From the NCBI GenBank assembly GCA_964014485.1, contig CAXHAT010000002.1, positions 1 to 64,000 on the forward strand: 64,000 bases of DNA, read 5' to 3'. Source of the stretch: an uncultured Deferribacteres bacterium. GTDB lineage: Bacteria; Zhuqueibacterota; Zhuqueibacteria; Zhuqueibacterales; Geothermadaptataceae. The translations under genes and the position numbers were made by a program. Of the stretch, positions 48,601-57,143 are shown piece after piece (positions within the stretch are counted from its first letter, which is position 1; each line of letters opens with the position of its first letter). The notes under the pieces were generated by a model, which saw only the letters and a program-made list of their open reading frames with translations, had not been told where the DNA came from and made no database searches.

Positions 48601-49546
48601 ACTTGAGAACATTAATTTTCAGCCAAAAACCGCCATCCGCGACGTGCATCAGATTCTGAGTTTCCAAGCTGAAGGAAAAAACGTTGATTTTTCGGCGCAG
48701 GTCGATCCTCAAATCCCAGAGACTGTTTACGGTGATCCGGAACGGCTCAAACAGATACTCCTGAACCTTACGCAAAACTCAATCAAGTTTACGCAAGAAG
48801 GCGCTGTCCGGCTCAGGGCTGATTTAGAAAAAATTACCGATACGGAAGCGCTCATACGGTTTTCCGTTTCGGATACGGGCGTAGGCATTCCCCAGGATCG
48901 GCTTGATGACCTGTTTCAACCGTTTGCGCAATTAGACACGTCCACTACTCGGAAATTCGGCGGGACCGGGCTTGGGTTAAGCATTGTAAGGCAGCTTGTC
49001 GATTTGATGGGCGGGGGAATTGAAGCGGAAAGCGAGGAAGGCAAAGGCTCGCGGTTTCGGGTGACTATTCCTTTTGCAACGCATCGAGACGAGTTTAAGG
49101 AAAACGGCTCTGATTTGCTGAGAGGCGAAGGCTTTGCTCCGCGCACTGGAGATGCGTCTCATTCCGCGACTCATCTTTTGCTCGTCGAAGACGACGTTAC
49201 CAACCAGGCGGTGGCGTCGCTCATTTTGCAAAAGCTGGGTTACCAGGTGAACATTGCTTCGAACGGCAAAGAAGCGCTCGAATTTTTGAAAAACGAAAGC
49301 TGCGATCTGGTGCTGATGGATGTGCAGATGCCGGAAATGGACGGCTTTGAAACGACGCAAATTATTCGCGACCCGAATTCTGAAGTCAAGAATCATGAGA
49401 TTCCGATCATTGCGATGACGGCGCATTCAATGGAAGGCGACCAATTGCGCTGTCTCGCCGTCGGTATGAATGACTACGTCTCGAAGCCGTTCGAGCCCGA
49501 AGTATTACACCAAACTATTCAGAAGTATGCAAAGGCCGAAGCATGA
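45614..49546 (+). CDS. Hybrid sensor histidine kinase with periplasmic beta-propeller and Y_Y_Y domains
   Basis: Many D..G.+W+GT..GL repeats, YAYKMEG...YTNLPPG, PPFWKT plus TM helix, [30 protein letters not shown]...SKP. Confidence 0.95.
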   Translation: MRPCFRKALTPKTVLRSISLLLLLALKTYANPGIRFEHLSIDDGLSQNSVYSILQDSKGFMWFGTLDGLNKFDGYNFTVFKHNGSDSASIANNYIYTIFEDDSGYIWAGTRGGLSRFDPATERFKNYRHDPKDPHSLSNNLVLAITEFSDEGKSELWIGTYGGGLNRFDPETEKFSHYRHDPNEKSSLKSNFVRSLHISEYSGEEILWVGTAGGLDNTKLGAEHTQNRKFTHFLHDPNDPKTISSNNIWEIYEDSRKRLWLATLGGGANRLTFAHDLSPHASTPTPESAEVARFSTSTSRATLSAGEIIQTITEDRSGNIWFGGKEGLYKISGEANDLAQVVHMRYSPFQLGGLSGGDVTSVYEDEFGTLWVGTSEGGINKYSKESQRFRRFSHNPFDANSLGRNMVLSFGETVQNGGRALWVGTENGGLYEFIESENRFVSYVPQGRFSDAFERKTINALLGTTADKTSTLWVGAADGLFRIQSTQEDERLQFLVVVPGSENRSIRVICEDPFDPGGAVWVGTESAGLHKLDSRSGASLESYFSEDLSVPSKRIFAMHPDKRSGEEGFWIGAFDGLYKVDIKTGAFSRFLANGDSVSLSSNVIYSISVDDSGTLWVGTDRGLNKSTDGGKTFKQFFVRDGLPNNVIYGVQADDNGFLWLSTNKGIAKYDPKSKAFERYDVFDGLQSNEFNFGASFKSGNGDLYFGGIRGFNVFSPNDIVAENPHPPKVVLTSFTIMNDVISPGKTYKDRMLLEKSISETEEITLSHADLSVEFEFTALHYVNPRQNVYAYKMEGFEDQWHNAGQRRMAQYTNLPPGNFTFRVRAANSDGVWNNDGAALKIHVTPPFWKTTWFLFAAVLTGVLIVYSFIRYRTGLLRIRTRELQDMVRLRTTEISKANSDLQNEVLRRRQIEEALIRAKESAEAADHAKSEFLANMSHEIRTPLNGVIGMNTLLLDAGLDKTQRGYAQVIQTSAKSLQRVISDILDFSKIEAGKLKLENINFQPKTAIRDVHQILSFQAEGKNVDFSAQVDPQIPETVYGDPERLKQILLNLTQNSIKFTQEGAVRLRADLEKITDTEALIRFSVSDTGVGIPQDRLDDLFQPFAQLDTSTTRKFGGTGLGLSIVRQLVDLMGGGIEAESEEGKGSRFRVTIPFATHRDEFKENGSDLLRGEGFAPRTGDASHSATHLLLVEDDVTNQAVASLILQKLGYQVNIASNGKEALEFLKNESCDLVLMDVQMPEMDGFETTQIIRDPNSEVKNHEIPIIAMTAHSMEGDQLRCLAVGMNDYVSKPFEPEVLHQTIQKYAKAEA

Positions 49547-50331
49547 GTCTTTTGACAATCGTCTGCATTGTCGCGATATTTACAACGCTTCTTTTGGCTA
49601 TTCTATGCGGCATGCTTCGTTCGCGCCTGAAATTTTCTCGCGAGCAGTTGGCGCAACTTGAGCGTCAAGCGGCGACGACGAGCGAAATTGCCGGAGAAGT
49701 TGCTGATGATCAACTCAAAAATCTCCTCCACCGTGTAAAAAACGATCTGCAGGTGATATCAAGCTTGCTCAACTTGCAAATAGATCATACTATTGATCGT
49801 GAAGCGCAGCGTCAACTTAAGACGGTTAGTTTGAGAATTCGATGCGTTTCATTGCTGTATGAACAATTGCATGGCGTCGACCAGAAGTTTCAAATTGGAT
49901 TTGCAGAGTATGCAAATCGGCTCGTAGACCATGTGGTTCAAGCCCATCCGGACGCTGTGGGGCGCATAGGCGTCAACATTTCCGTTGCAAGCGTCACATG
50001 TAATTTGCAAACCGCGGTTTCATGCGGACTGATTCTATCTGAACTGATTGAGAACGCTTTGACGCACGCCTTCCCGGAAGATCGCTCAGGGAAGATTAAC
50101 GTCGTTCTCAGGCAGAAAAACCCGTCATCGGGGGCGATTTTAGAAGCGTCTCAAAACACTTTGATTGTCAGAGACAACGGCGTCGGTCTGGATTCCGAGT
50201 TTGATCCGGGACAATCTGAAAACTTTGGAATGCAGTTAGTTGCAGCACTTGTGCGACAACTAAAAGGGGAATTCAGGCATTACTCTGACAACGGCGCGAT
50301 TTTTGAAATTACTTTTCCGAGAAGCCGATAA
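49543..50331 (+). CDS. HisKA_2-family histidine kinase with a single TM anchor
   Basis: HRVKNDLQVISSLL, ELIENALTHAF, DNGVG, FGMQLV; ATGA overlap with the upstream gene. Confidence 0.85.
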   Translation: MSLLTIVCIVAIFTTLLLAILCGMLRSRLKFSREQLAQLERQAATTSEIAGEVADDQLKNLLHRVKNDLQVISSLLNLQIDHTIDREAQRQLKTVSLRIRCVSLLYEQLHGVDQKFQIGFAEYANRLVDHVVQAHPDAVGRIGVNISVASVTCNLQTAVSCGLILSELIENALTHAFPEDRSGKINVVLRQKNPSSGAILEASQNTLIVRDNGVGLDSEFDPGQSENFGMQLVAALVRQLKGEFRHYSDNGAIFEITFPRSR

Positions 50332-50371
50332 AACGCAGGAACGCCGGGCTAGCCGGCAGAGCTGGAGCATT

Positions 50372-52318
50372 ATGACAACGCCGACAATTCTTATCGCAGA
50401 AGACGAAACTATCGTCGCGCTAGATATTCGCAAAACCGTTGAGAAGCTGGGGTACCCGGTTGTGAATATTGTTTCTACTGGCGAGCAAGCGATCAATTCT
50501 GCGGTAGATCTTCAGCCAGACCTTGCTTTGATGGACATTATGCTGGAAGGCGAGATTGACGGCGTTGCGGCGGCTGAGAAGATCCAGAGAGACGTCGGCG
50601 TGCCCGTTGTTTTTTTAACGGCGTTCTCCGACGATGCGACTCTGGAGCGTGCGAAAGTTGCAAATCCTTATGGATTTCTGATCAAGCCGTTCAGTAAACG
50701 TGAGCTCAAATCAATCATTGAGATCGCGCTGTACAAGCACAAAATGCAAACGGAGGTTGAAGACCACAAACGTTGGTTGACAACAATTCTGCAAAATATT
50801 GGCGAGGCCGTCATCGCCGTCGATTCGGAAAAAAAGATTCGGTTTATCAATCCTGTTGCCGCGAAAAACATTGGCATTGCCAGACAAAAAGCGTTGGGTT
50901 GCGATCTTGACGAAGTATTGAAAACTTTTGACCCGAAAAGCGGCGACCCGGTCAAGTTTACCCCGGCGTCTTTTACAAAAGATAACGCGATTGCTTTCGA
51001 CAACCTTTTGTTGAAAGCAATAGACGGCGGCGGCTCTCCCATCGAATATTCCGCGACTGCGATCAAGAATAAATTAGGGCGATTTGACGGCTGCGTTATC
51101 GTCTTTCAGGATATTTCAAACCGCTTGCGCGAGGAAGAAAGACGACAAAAGATGGAAGCGCAGCTCCAGATTTCTCAAAAAATGGAAAGCCTCGGCGCAC
51201 TTGCCGGAGGCGTGGCCCATGATTTCAATAATCTCCTCACGGGAATCCTGGGCAACGTCGGCCTCGCCCAACTTGATCTAACCGACCAATCTCCGATTCA
51301 AGATACGATAGAACAAATTGAGAACGCCGCCCTGCGCGCCGCGGAATTGTGCAAACAAATGTTGGCGTATGCAGGTCGGAGTCAATTCGCCATCGAGCCG
51401 GTCAGTCTCAATGACGTTATCCGGGAAATGAGCCCCTTGCTCCGCGTCTCGGTCTCGAAAAAAGCAATGATCAAATATCGATTGTCAGACAGTGTTCCAG
51501 CTATCGAGGCCGACGCGGCGCAACTACGACAAGTCATTATGAATCTGGCAATTAACGCCGCCGACGCCATCAGCGGCAATAAAGGGGAGATAGAAATCAG
51601 CACTGGCGCCGCGTTCTGCGAAAAGGATGATCTAAGGGAAAATATCCTGGGCGACAAAAGCCTTCCGGGAGAATATGTTTTTCTGGAAATAAAAGACTCC
51701 GGGCAAGGCATGCATCCTTCCGTTCAGGAGAGAATTTTTGAACCGTTTTTTACCACAAAGTTTCTTGGACGCGGGCTTGGGTTGGCTGCGGTTTTAGGCA
51801 TTATTCGCGGACATCGGGGCATGATTCACATTCATTCTCAACAAGATGTCGGGACAACTTTCAAAATATTCTTGCCGCAAGCGCATAATGAACAGATTAA
51901 GCAGGCTCCGAGAGTTGAAGAATTTGGCGAGTGGCGGGATTCCGGGACGGTTTTGATCGTTGACGATGAAGAAGCTGCGCTCAATGTTGGACGCAAAATT
52001 CTTGAACGCATTGGCTATGAAACGCTGATTGCCGAGAACGGGCGAGACGCCGTCGAGGTTTTTAAGGAGCGGAAAGGCGAGGTTAAGCTCGTTCTCCTGG
52101 ACGTCACCATGCCGATCATGAACGGCGGGGAGACTTTGGAAGCCCTGCGAGAAATTCGAGACGACGTAAAAGTGATTCTCTCAAGCGGTTATCACGAGCA
52201 GGCGGCAACGGAAAAAATTGATGTTGAAAAGCTTGCCGGATTTATTCACAAGCCGTACCTGCCCATGCAAATGATCTCAAAGGTGCGAGACGTGATGATG
52301 AAAAGTTCGCAGTTATAA
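50372..52318 (+). CDS. Hybrid kinase REC-PAS-HisKA-HATPase-REC
   Basis: ILIAEDE...LMD...KP; PAS; AGGVAHDFNNLL; FEPFFTTK; GLGL; C-terminal REC; start ATG 50372 with a GGAG RBS. Confidence 0.93.
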   Translation: MTTPTILIAEDETIVALDIRKTVEKLGYPVVNIVSTGEQAINSAVDLQPDLALMDIMLEGEIDGVAAAEKIQRDVGVPVVFLTAFSDDATLERAKVANPYGFLIKPFSKRELKSIIEIALYKHKMQTEVEDHKRWLTTILQNIGEAVIAVDSEKKIRFINPVAAKNIGIARQKALGCDLDEVLKTFDPKSGDPVKFTPASFTKDNAIAFDNLLLKAIDGGGSPIEYSATAIKNKLGRFDGCVIVFQDISNRLREEERRQKMEAQLQISQKMESLGALAGGVAHDFNNLLTGILGNVGLAQLDLTDQSPIQDTIEQIENAALRAAELCKQMLAYAGRSQFAIEPVSLNDVIREMSPLLRVSVSKKAMIKYRLSDSVPAIEADAAQLRQVIMNLAINAADAISGNKGEIEISTGAAFCEKDDLRENILGDKSLPGEYVFLEIKDSGQGMHPSVQERIFEPFFTTKFLGRGLGLAAVLGIIRGHRGMIHIHSQQDVGTTFKIFLPQAHNEQIKQAPRVEEFGEWRDSGTVLIVDDEEAALNVGRKILERIGYETLIAENGRDAVEVFKERKGEVKLVLLDVTMPIMNGGETLEALREIRDDVKVILSSGYHEQAATEKIDVEKLAGFIHKPYLPMQMISKVRDVMMKSSQL

Positions 52319-54340
52319 GAGTGCGCTTTCTGCATTCTCCGTTTCAACAGCTTCTTCTTTTGGCTCCATCCACATCCCATGCTTTTTGATCAACTCGATC
52401 AATCGGCGGTCAGCGTCTTCTTCCGGGATGTTTCTTTCCACACATTCCTTGCCCACAAACAAATTGACTTTTTTGTGTCCCGAACCAACATAGCCGAAAT
52501 CAGCGTCAGCCATTTCTCCCGGCCCGTTTACGATGCATCCCATAATGGCGATTTTCACGCCTTTTAAGTGATCTGTTTGCGCTTGAATTCGCTTTGTCGT
52601 CGTCTGCAGATTAAACAGGGTTCTGCCGCAAGACGGACAGGCGATGTACTCGGTTTTAGAAATCCGAATACGCGTCGCTTGCAAGAGCGTATAAATGAAA
52701 CGAAGCGCTTCTTCGTGATTCGTCGCTCCGGAAATTGAGACGGCGTCGCCAATGCCGTCATTGAGCAACGCGCCCATCGTTGCCGCGGCGTCCAATTGCC
52801 AATCTTTTTGGTCGCTCAAAACGCGGTAATTCAAAAGCAGCGGCGCGTCTAACCCAATTTCAGCTAGGGTTGCCAAGAATCGGCGAATATTCGTCAAAGC
52901 GCCGATCACATTAGCTGGCACGTTTACCCCCATAATAATTTTCCAAAAATCGTATTTCCGACATTGCGTAACCAGAAGGTTCAGGTTTTGGAAAAGCTGC
53001 GCTTGCTCAAACTCTGGAAGAGAAAAGCCGTCAAAGTCAACGAGCAGAGGTTGGTTCTTGCGAACGGCTTTTTTCACGGCTGAATGAAAGACACGTTTAA
53101 GATCGCCGACCTGGTTGATGGAAACAGAAATGCGTTGTGCATCTCCAATGCCGTCCGTGCTTGAAATTATTGGCGTCCAGCCGTAGTTATGCGTGCGCAT
53201 TTTCCCATTTTCTGCAATGACCCACTCCGGCTTTTGCTCTGCGGCCTGGCCAAGCACGGGCAGTTTGAGCGAGCCGCTGTTGGCGAAAACGCTGTCATGC
53301 AAAACTATGCGTACAGGCTCATTTCCTCCAACGCCTTCCCCAACGATTTGTACTGGATAAGAAACTCTTCTGGCGGGATTGAGAGGCGTGAAGCGTTTGA
53401 AATAATCACCCTCGTCCGCGCCGTCCTCTGCATTTGGTGACTGCGTTTCAATCCGAGAATTATATTTTTCGGCCAACGCCCGTGCAACGGGGATTTCGTA
53501 AATCGCATCTTCGGTCAAAGAAACGCGAATCGTGTCGCCGACGCCGTCCTCCAGCAAAGTGCCAATGCCGACAGCGGATTTAATGCGTCCGTCTTCGCCG
53601 TTGCCCGCTTCCGTAACGCCGAGATGCAGCGGATAAGTCATGTTGAGTTCATACATTTTGGCGACGAGCTGTCGGTAGGCCTGAATCATCACTTTTGTGT
53701 TCGACGCCTTCATTGAAATCACAATGTCGCGGTAGCTCAGGTCTTCGCAAATATGCAAAAATTCCAGCGCCGAAGCGACCATGCCTTCCGGGGTGTCGCC
53801 GTAACGATTCATCACGCGGTCGGAAAGCGAGCCGTGGTTGACGCCGATCCGCATCGCTACGCCGTTTTGTTTGCACTTGACGACCAGGGGAGAAAAACGC
53901 TCGCGAATTCGCTCCAGCTCCGCGAGATATTCCGAGTCTGAATACTCGCGAACTTCAAATTTTTTCTTGTCAGCGTAATTTCCCGGGTTAATGCGAACTT
54001 TATCAACATAATCCGCTGCGATCAGCGCTGCGTTTGGCGTGAAATGGATGTCCGCCACAAGGGGGACTTTGACGCTCGCTTTTTTAAGCGCTTGTTTTAT
54101 GTTGGCGAGATTGTGCGCCTCTTTCATTGAAGGCGCGGTAATTCGCACGATCTCACAGCCGGCCTCGGCCAAGCCAACGGCTTCGCGAACCGTCGCTTCC
54201 GTGTCCATCGTGTCAGAAATTGTCATCGACTGAACGCGGATCGGGTTTTCCCCGCCAATGCCGATGTCGCCGACCATGACTTCGTGGGTTGGTCGACGTT
54301 TATATTGAAAAACGCTCTCGCAATATTTCTGTCCGAACAT
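52313..54340 (-). CDS. ispG: HMBPP synthase IspG, long form with inserted domain
   Basis: PIRVQSMT, PLVADIHF, RINPGN, RIGVNHGSL, PLHLGVTEAG, GDTIRVSLT, ACPSCGRT, MGCIVNGPGE. Confidence 0.97.
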   Translation of the reverse strand: MFGQKYCESVFQYKRRPTHEVMVGDIGIGGENPIRVQSMTISDTMDTEATVREAVGLAEAGCEIVRITAPSMKEAHNLANIKQALKKASVKVPLVADIHFTPNAALIAADYVDKVRINPGNYADKKKFEVREYSDSEYLAELERIRERFSPLVVKCKQNGVAMRIGVNHGSLSDRVMNRYGDTPEGMVASALEFLHICEDLSYRDIVISMKASNTKVMIQAYRQLVAKMYELNMTYPLHLGVTEAGNGEDGRIKSAVGIGTLLEDGVGDTIRVSLTEDAIYEIPVARALAEKYNSRIETQSPNAEDGADEGDYFKRFTPLNPARRVSYPVQIVGEGVGGNEPVRIVLHDSVFANSGSLKLPVLGQAAEQKPEWVIAENGKMRTHNYGWTPIISSTDGIGDAQRISVSINQVGDLKRVFHSAVKKAVRKNQPLLVDFDGFSLPEFEQAQLFQNLNLLVTQCRKYDFWKIIMGVNVPANVIGALTNIRRFLATLAEIGLDAPLLLNYRVLSDQKDWQLDAAATMGALLNDGIGDAVSISGATNHEEALRFIYTLLQATRIRISKTEYIACPSCGRTLFNLQTTTKRIQAQTDHLKGVKIAIMGCIVNGPGEMADADFGYVGSGHKKVNLFVGKECVERNIPEEDADRRLIELIKKHGMWMEPKEEAVETENAESALL

Positions 54341-54537
54341 TTCGGAGTTCTCCTGCTGAGGGTAAAAATCAAAAAGGCCGAAAATAAGATTTTGGAAGGG
54401 TAAAATCAAGCGCTCCAATTTGCCGTTTGGCTACGAATACGTGGAGATATTGGTTTGGCGAGTGAAATGATTGGCTTAAACTGAGCGTACGGCGCTAAAT
54501 TGTTGTTTTGGAAGATGCTTTGGGCGGCAGATGCAAA

Positions 54538-54610
54538 AGCGAATGACGAGATTCGAACTCGCGACATCCGGCTTGGGAAGCCGACGCTCTACCAACTGAG
54601 CTACATTCGC
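54538..54610 (-). tRNA. tRNA-Gly (anticodon CCC), CCA not encoded
   Basis: Reverse complement gcgaatgtagctcagttggtagagcgtcggcttcccaagccggatgtcgcgagttcgaatctcgtcattcgct folds as a cloverleaf. Confidence 0.97.
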
Positions 54611-54718
54611 TTATGACTGAAGATGATCGTTATAATACGCGATTTCTGAAAATAAGCAAGCGAAAAGTAGAAGTGCGGCATGTGAAAAGGCGCAATATTT
54701 TGCGCCTCAAAAAAAGAT

Positions 54719-57103
54719 TTACGCCGCACGTCGGCGAGATCTGGCGATTAGCGGGAAGACAATTCCTGCTATCAAGAGAAACCCGCCAAGCCCCATCATC
54801 ACGTGGGCTTGCATTGCTCCAGACAGCCCTGTCGTGGCTTGCAATGTGTTGGCGCTTCCGCCGAAGCGCTGTCCCCAGAGAACCGTTGATTTCGGAACGA
54901 GGCTGTTCGATTCAAATTGAAAAATGTCTCCTGATTGCGCCGTCAGCACAACGTCCAGTTTTTCATCCCCGCGAAAATCAGCGATGACCGGCATACTGGT
55001 TCTTTCTCGCAAAGGCTCCGCTGTGTTCCAGACAGCTTTGCCTGTAGCGCCGTCCAGGATTTTGACGACTCCGGTCATGTCGACGTAAATAACGTCGGCA
55101 AGACGGTCTTTGTTGACGTCAGCGAGCGTCATGCCTTGCATAATGGCTGCGCCGTTATTTGGCGTGTGTTCCCAAAGCGGTTTTGCGCCGCCGCCTTCTC
55201 CGCTTCCCTGAAACGCTTGCAAACGACCGCTTTCGCTGGCGACGACAACATCACTGAGTCCGTCTCCGGTCAAGTCGCCGAGGGCAATTGGAAAGACGAA
55301 ATCCTGCGTAAGTGAAAGTCCGTCGCTAAGCTTCGCCTCCCAAAGCCCTTCGCGCCGCGCGCCGTCAACCACGATAATGTTGCCCTGCACGCTGCTCATC
55401 GCAAGGTCAGGCGTCTTGTCGCCGTTAAAATCAGCCACGCCGACAGGAAAACGAATTTGATTCTCGCCGTAGAATGAACCTCGCGCCTTGTTCAGCTCGG
55501 TGTTCATATCCACGGAGCCGGCGATTTGACGCGTTGCGCCGTCTATGATTAAAACCAGGCCGCGATCCGTGCCGCTCAAAATTTCACTCTTGCCGTCCTG
55601 ATCCAGGTCAGCGCTGGCAAGTGCGCTTTTCACCGGCAAGCCGAGTTCAACCAGCGTCCATTCCATATTGTTGACTGCGTCGCCATAGCCGATTCTTACG
55701 GCGCCGTGCTCTTCCGCGATAGCTGCGTCGATGTTACCGTCGCCGTTAAAATCAGCCGCGATGGGCGCGCCAGTAAACGGGCCGTTGAAAAACGGGCTCA
55801 TCCAGATTTCAGCGCCGATCTTTCCGTCAACGGCGAAAATCCGTCCGTTGTCCGAAACGAACAGCAAATCGGCCAGGCCGTTCTTGTTTAAATCCGCCGC
55901 AACGAGCTGCGCCGCCGGCCGGGCTTGCACTGTTGTCATCGTCCAGACGCTGCGTCGTCGTTCGCCGTCGATAAGCATTGGATTGTTGCTCGAAGTCAGC
56001 ATTGCAATATCAACAAGGCCGTCGCCGTTGAAATCGCTGACCGCCGGTGAAGGCTGGAAAATGTTGACGCCGCCGTATGAAGATTGCAGTCCGAAGCTTT
56101 CGGATGAGCCGTCCGCGCTTTGGCCCCAGTCGGTCATCTGAACGGAAAACGGATCAGGTTTTTGCGCAATCACCGAGCGATCGAGCCAACCTTTGGTCAA
56201 AAGAAAAATTCCGCTCAAAACCGCGGCGGCGGCGACGAGCGTGGAAAGCTTGCTGCGATAACGCACCGACCAAACGCCCGCTTTTTTCGGGGGCGCGAAA
56301 CTGGCGCTTTGTTCTTCTGCAAAGCGGAAAATCGTGCTCTGCTGGTCGCTGACAATTTCGATCTCATCGCCGGGCTGGAGCACGGTCTCGCCGGTTTCCG
56401 GAATTTCAATTTGATTGACGAAAGTTCTGGTCTTGCTGCGCTTGTCGCTAACAACAAACTGCCCGTCGCGATACTGCACCGTGGCGTGTCTGCGCGAAAT
56501 GCTCGGGTCGATTTCACCGCGCTTGTTTTCACGAATAACAATGTCGTTCAATTTGTTATCGCGCCCAATTCTGGTTTCGCCATAACGCAGGCGAAACTTT
56601 TTGCCGCGATAAGGGCCGTAAATCGCCAGCAAGTAGTAGGGCGCCGTCTCTCCGGCGCCGCCGATAGATTGCTCGTAACTCTGGGAACTTTCATTCATCG
56701 TCACCGGTGAAGCGTCGACTGTGATTTCTCCGGTCGCTGAGCCTTCGCCCGCCGCCGATTCTGCTGCGGCATGTGTGATTTCTGGAGAACTTTGGCCAAT
56801 GTAGTCAAGCGGATTGTCGAACAAAATTTCGTGTTCGCCGATTTTGATTTGGTCGCCGTTGTTCAGTGGCTGGCGCTTGCTCAACTTGGCGCCGTTTAAC
56901 AGCGTGCCAAATGCACTTTTCATGTCCTGAACAAAAAACGCATTATCAATTCTGGTTAACTTGACGTGGGTCATGGAGACGCGCTTGTCTTCCAGGACCA
57001 GGTCATTTTGGTCTTCCGAACCTATGGTGAAGTATTTTTGTTCACCTGAAAGGTTAAGTTCTTTGAGAACTTCCGCTTTTTTCTTAACGATCAACCGTGG
57101 CAT
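54719..57103 (-). CDS. FHA-FHA-TM-FG-GAP/PQQ-like propeller-TM protein
   Basis: Two FHA-like domains (IGS...VSMTH; IGR...ISRRH), TM helix, repeated DxNxDGxxD loops, C-terminal TM helix plus RSRRR. Confidence 0.85.
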   Translation of the reverse strand: MPRLIVKKKAEVLKELNLSGEQKYFTIGSEDQNDLVLEDKRVSMTHVKLTRIDNAFFVQDMKSAFGTLLNGAKLSKRQPLNNGDQIKIGEHEILFDNPLDYIGQSSPEITHAAAESAAGEGSATGEITVDASPVTMNESSQSYEQSIGGAGETAPYYLLAIYGPYRGKKFRLRYGETRIGRDNKLNDIVIRENKRGEIDPSISRRHATVQYRDGQFVVSDKRSKTRTFVNQIEIPETGETVLQPGDEIEIVSDQQSTIFRFAEEQSASFAPPKKAGVWSVRYRSKLSTLVAAAAVLSGIFLLTKGWLDRSVIAQKPDPFSVQMTDWGQSADGSSESFGLQSSYGGVNIFQPSPAVSDFNGDGLVDIAMLTSSNNPMLIDGERRRSVWTMTTVQARPAAQLVAADLNKNGLADLLFVSDNGRIFAVDGKIGAEIWMSPFFNGPFTGAPIAADFNGDGNIDAAIAEEHGAVRIGYGDAVNNMEWTLVELGLPVKSALASADLDQDGKSEILSGTDRGLVLIIDGATRQIAGSVDMNTELNKARGSFYGENQIRFPVGVADFNGDKTPDLAMSSVQGNIIVVDGARREGLWEAKLSDGLSLTQDFVFPIALGDLTGDGLSDVVVASESGRLQAFQGSGEGGGAKPLWEHTPNNGAAIMQGMTLADVNKDRLADVIYVDMTGVVKILDGATGKAVWNTAEPLRERTSMPVIADFRGDEKLDVVLTAQSGDIFQFESNSLVPKSTVLWGQRFGGSANTLQATTGLSGAMQAHVMMGLGGFLLIAGIVFPLIARSRRRAA

Positions 57104-57143
57104 CTATGCATCTCCCTTGCAACGTGCGAGAATTTCCTTAAAT

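Noticed and set aside
54538..54610. tRNA-Gly as an integration site
   Set aside because: No integrase, and I saw no duplicated tRNA 3' end; the downstream gene is housekeeping ispG.
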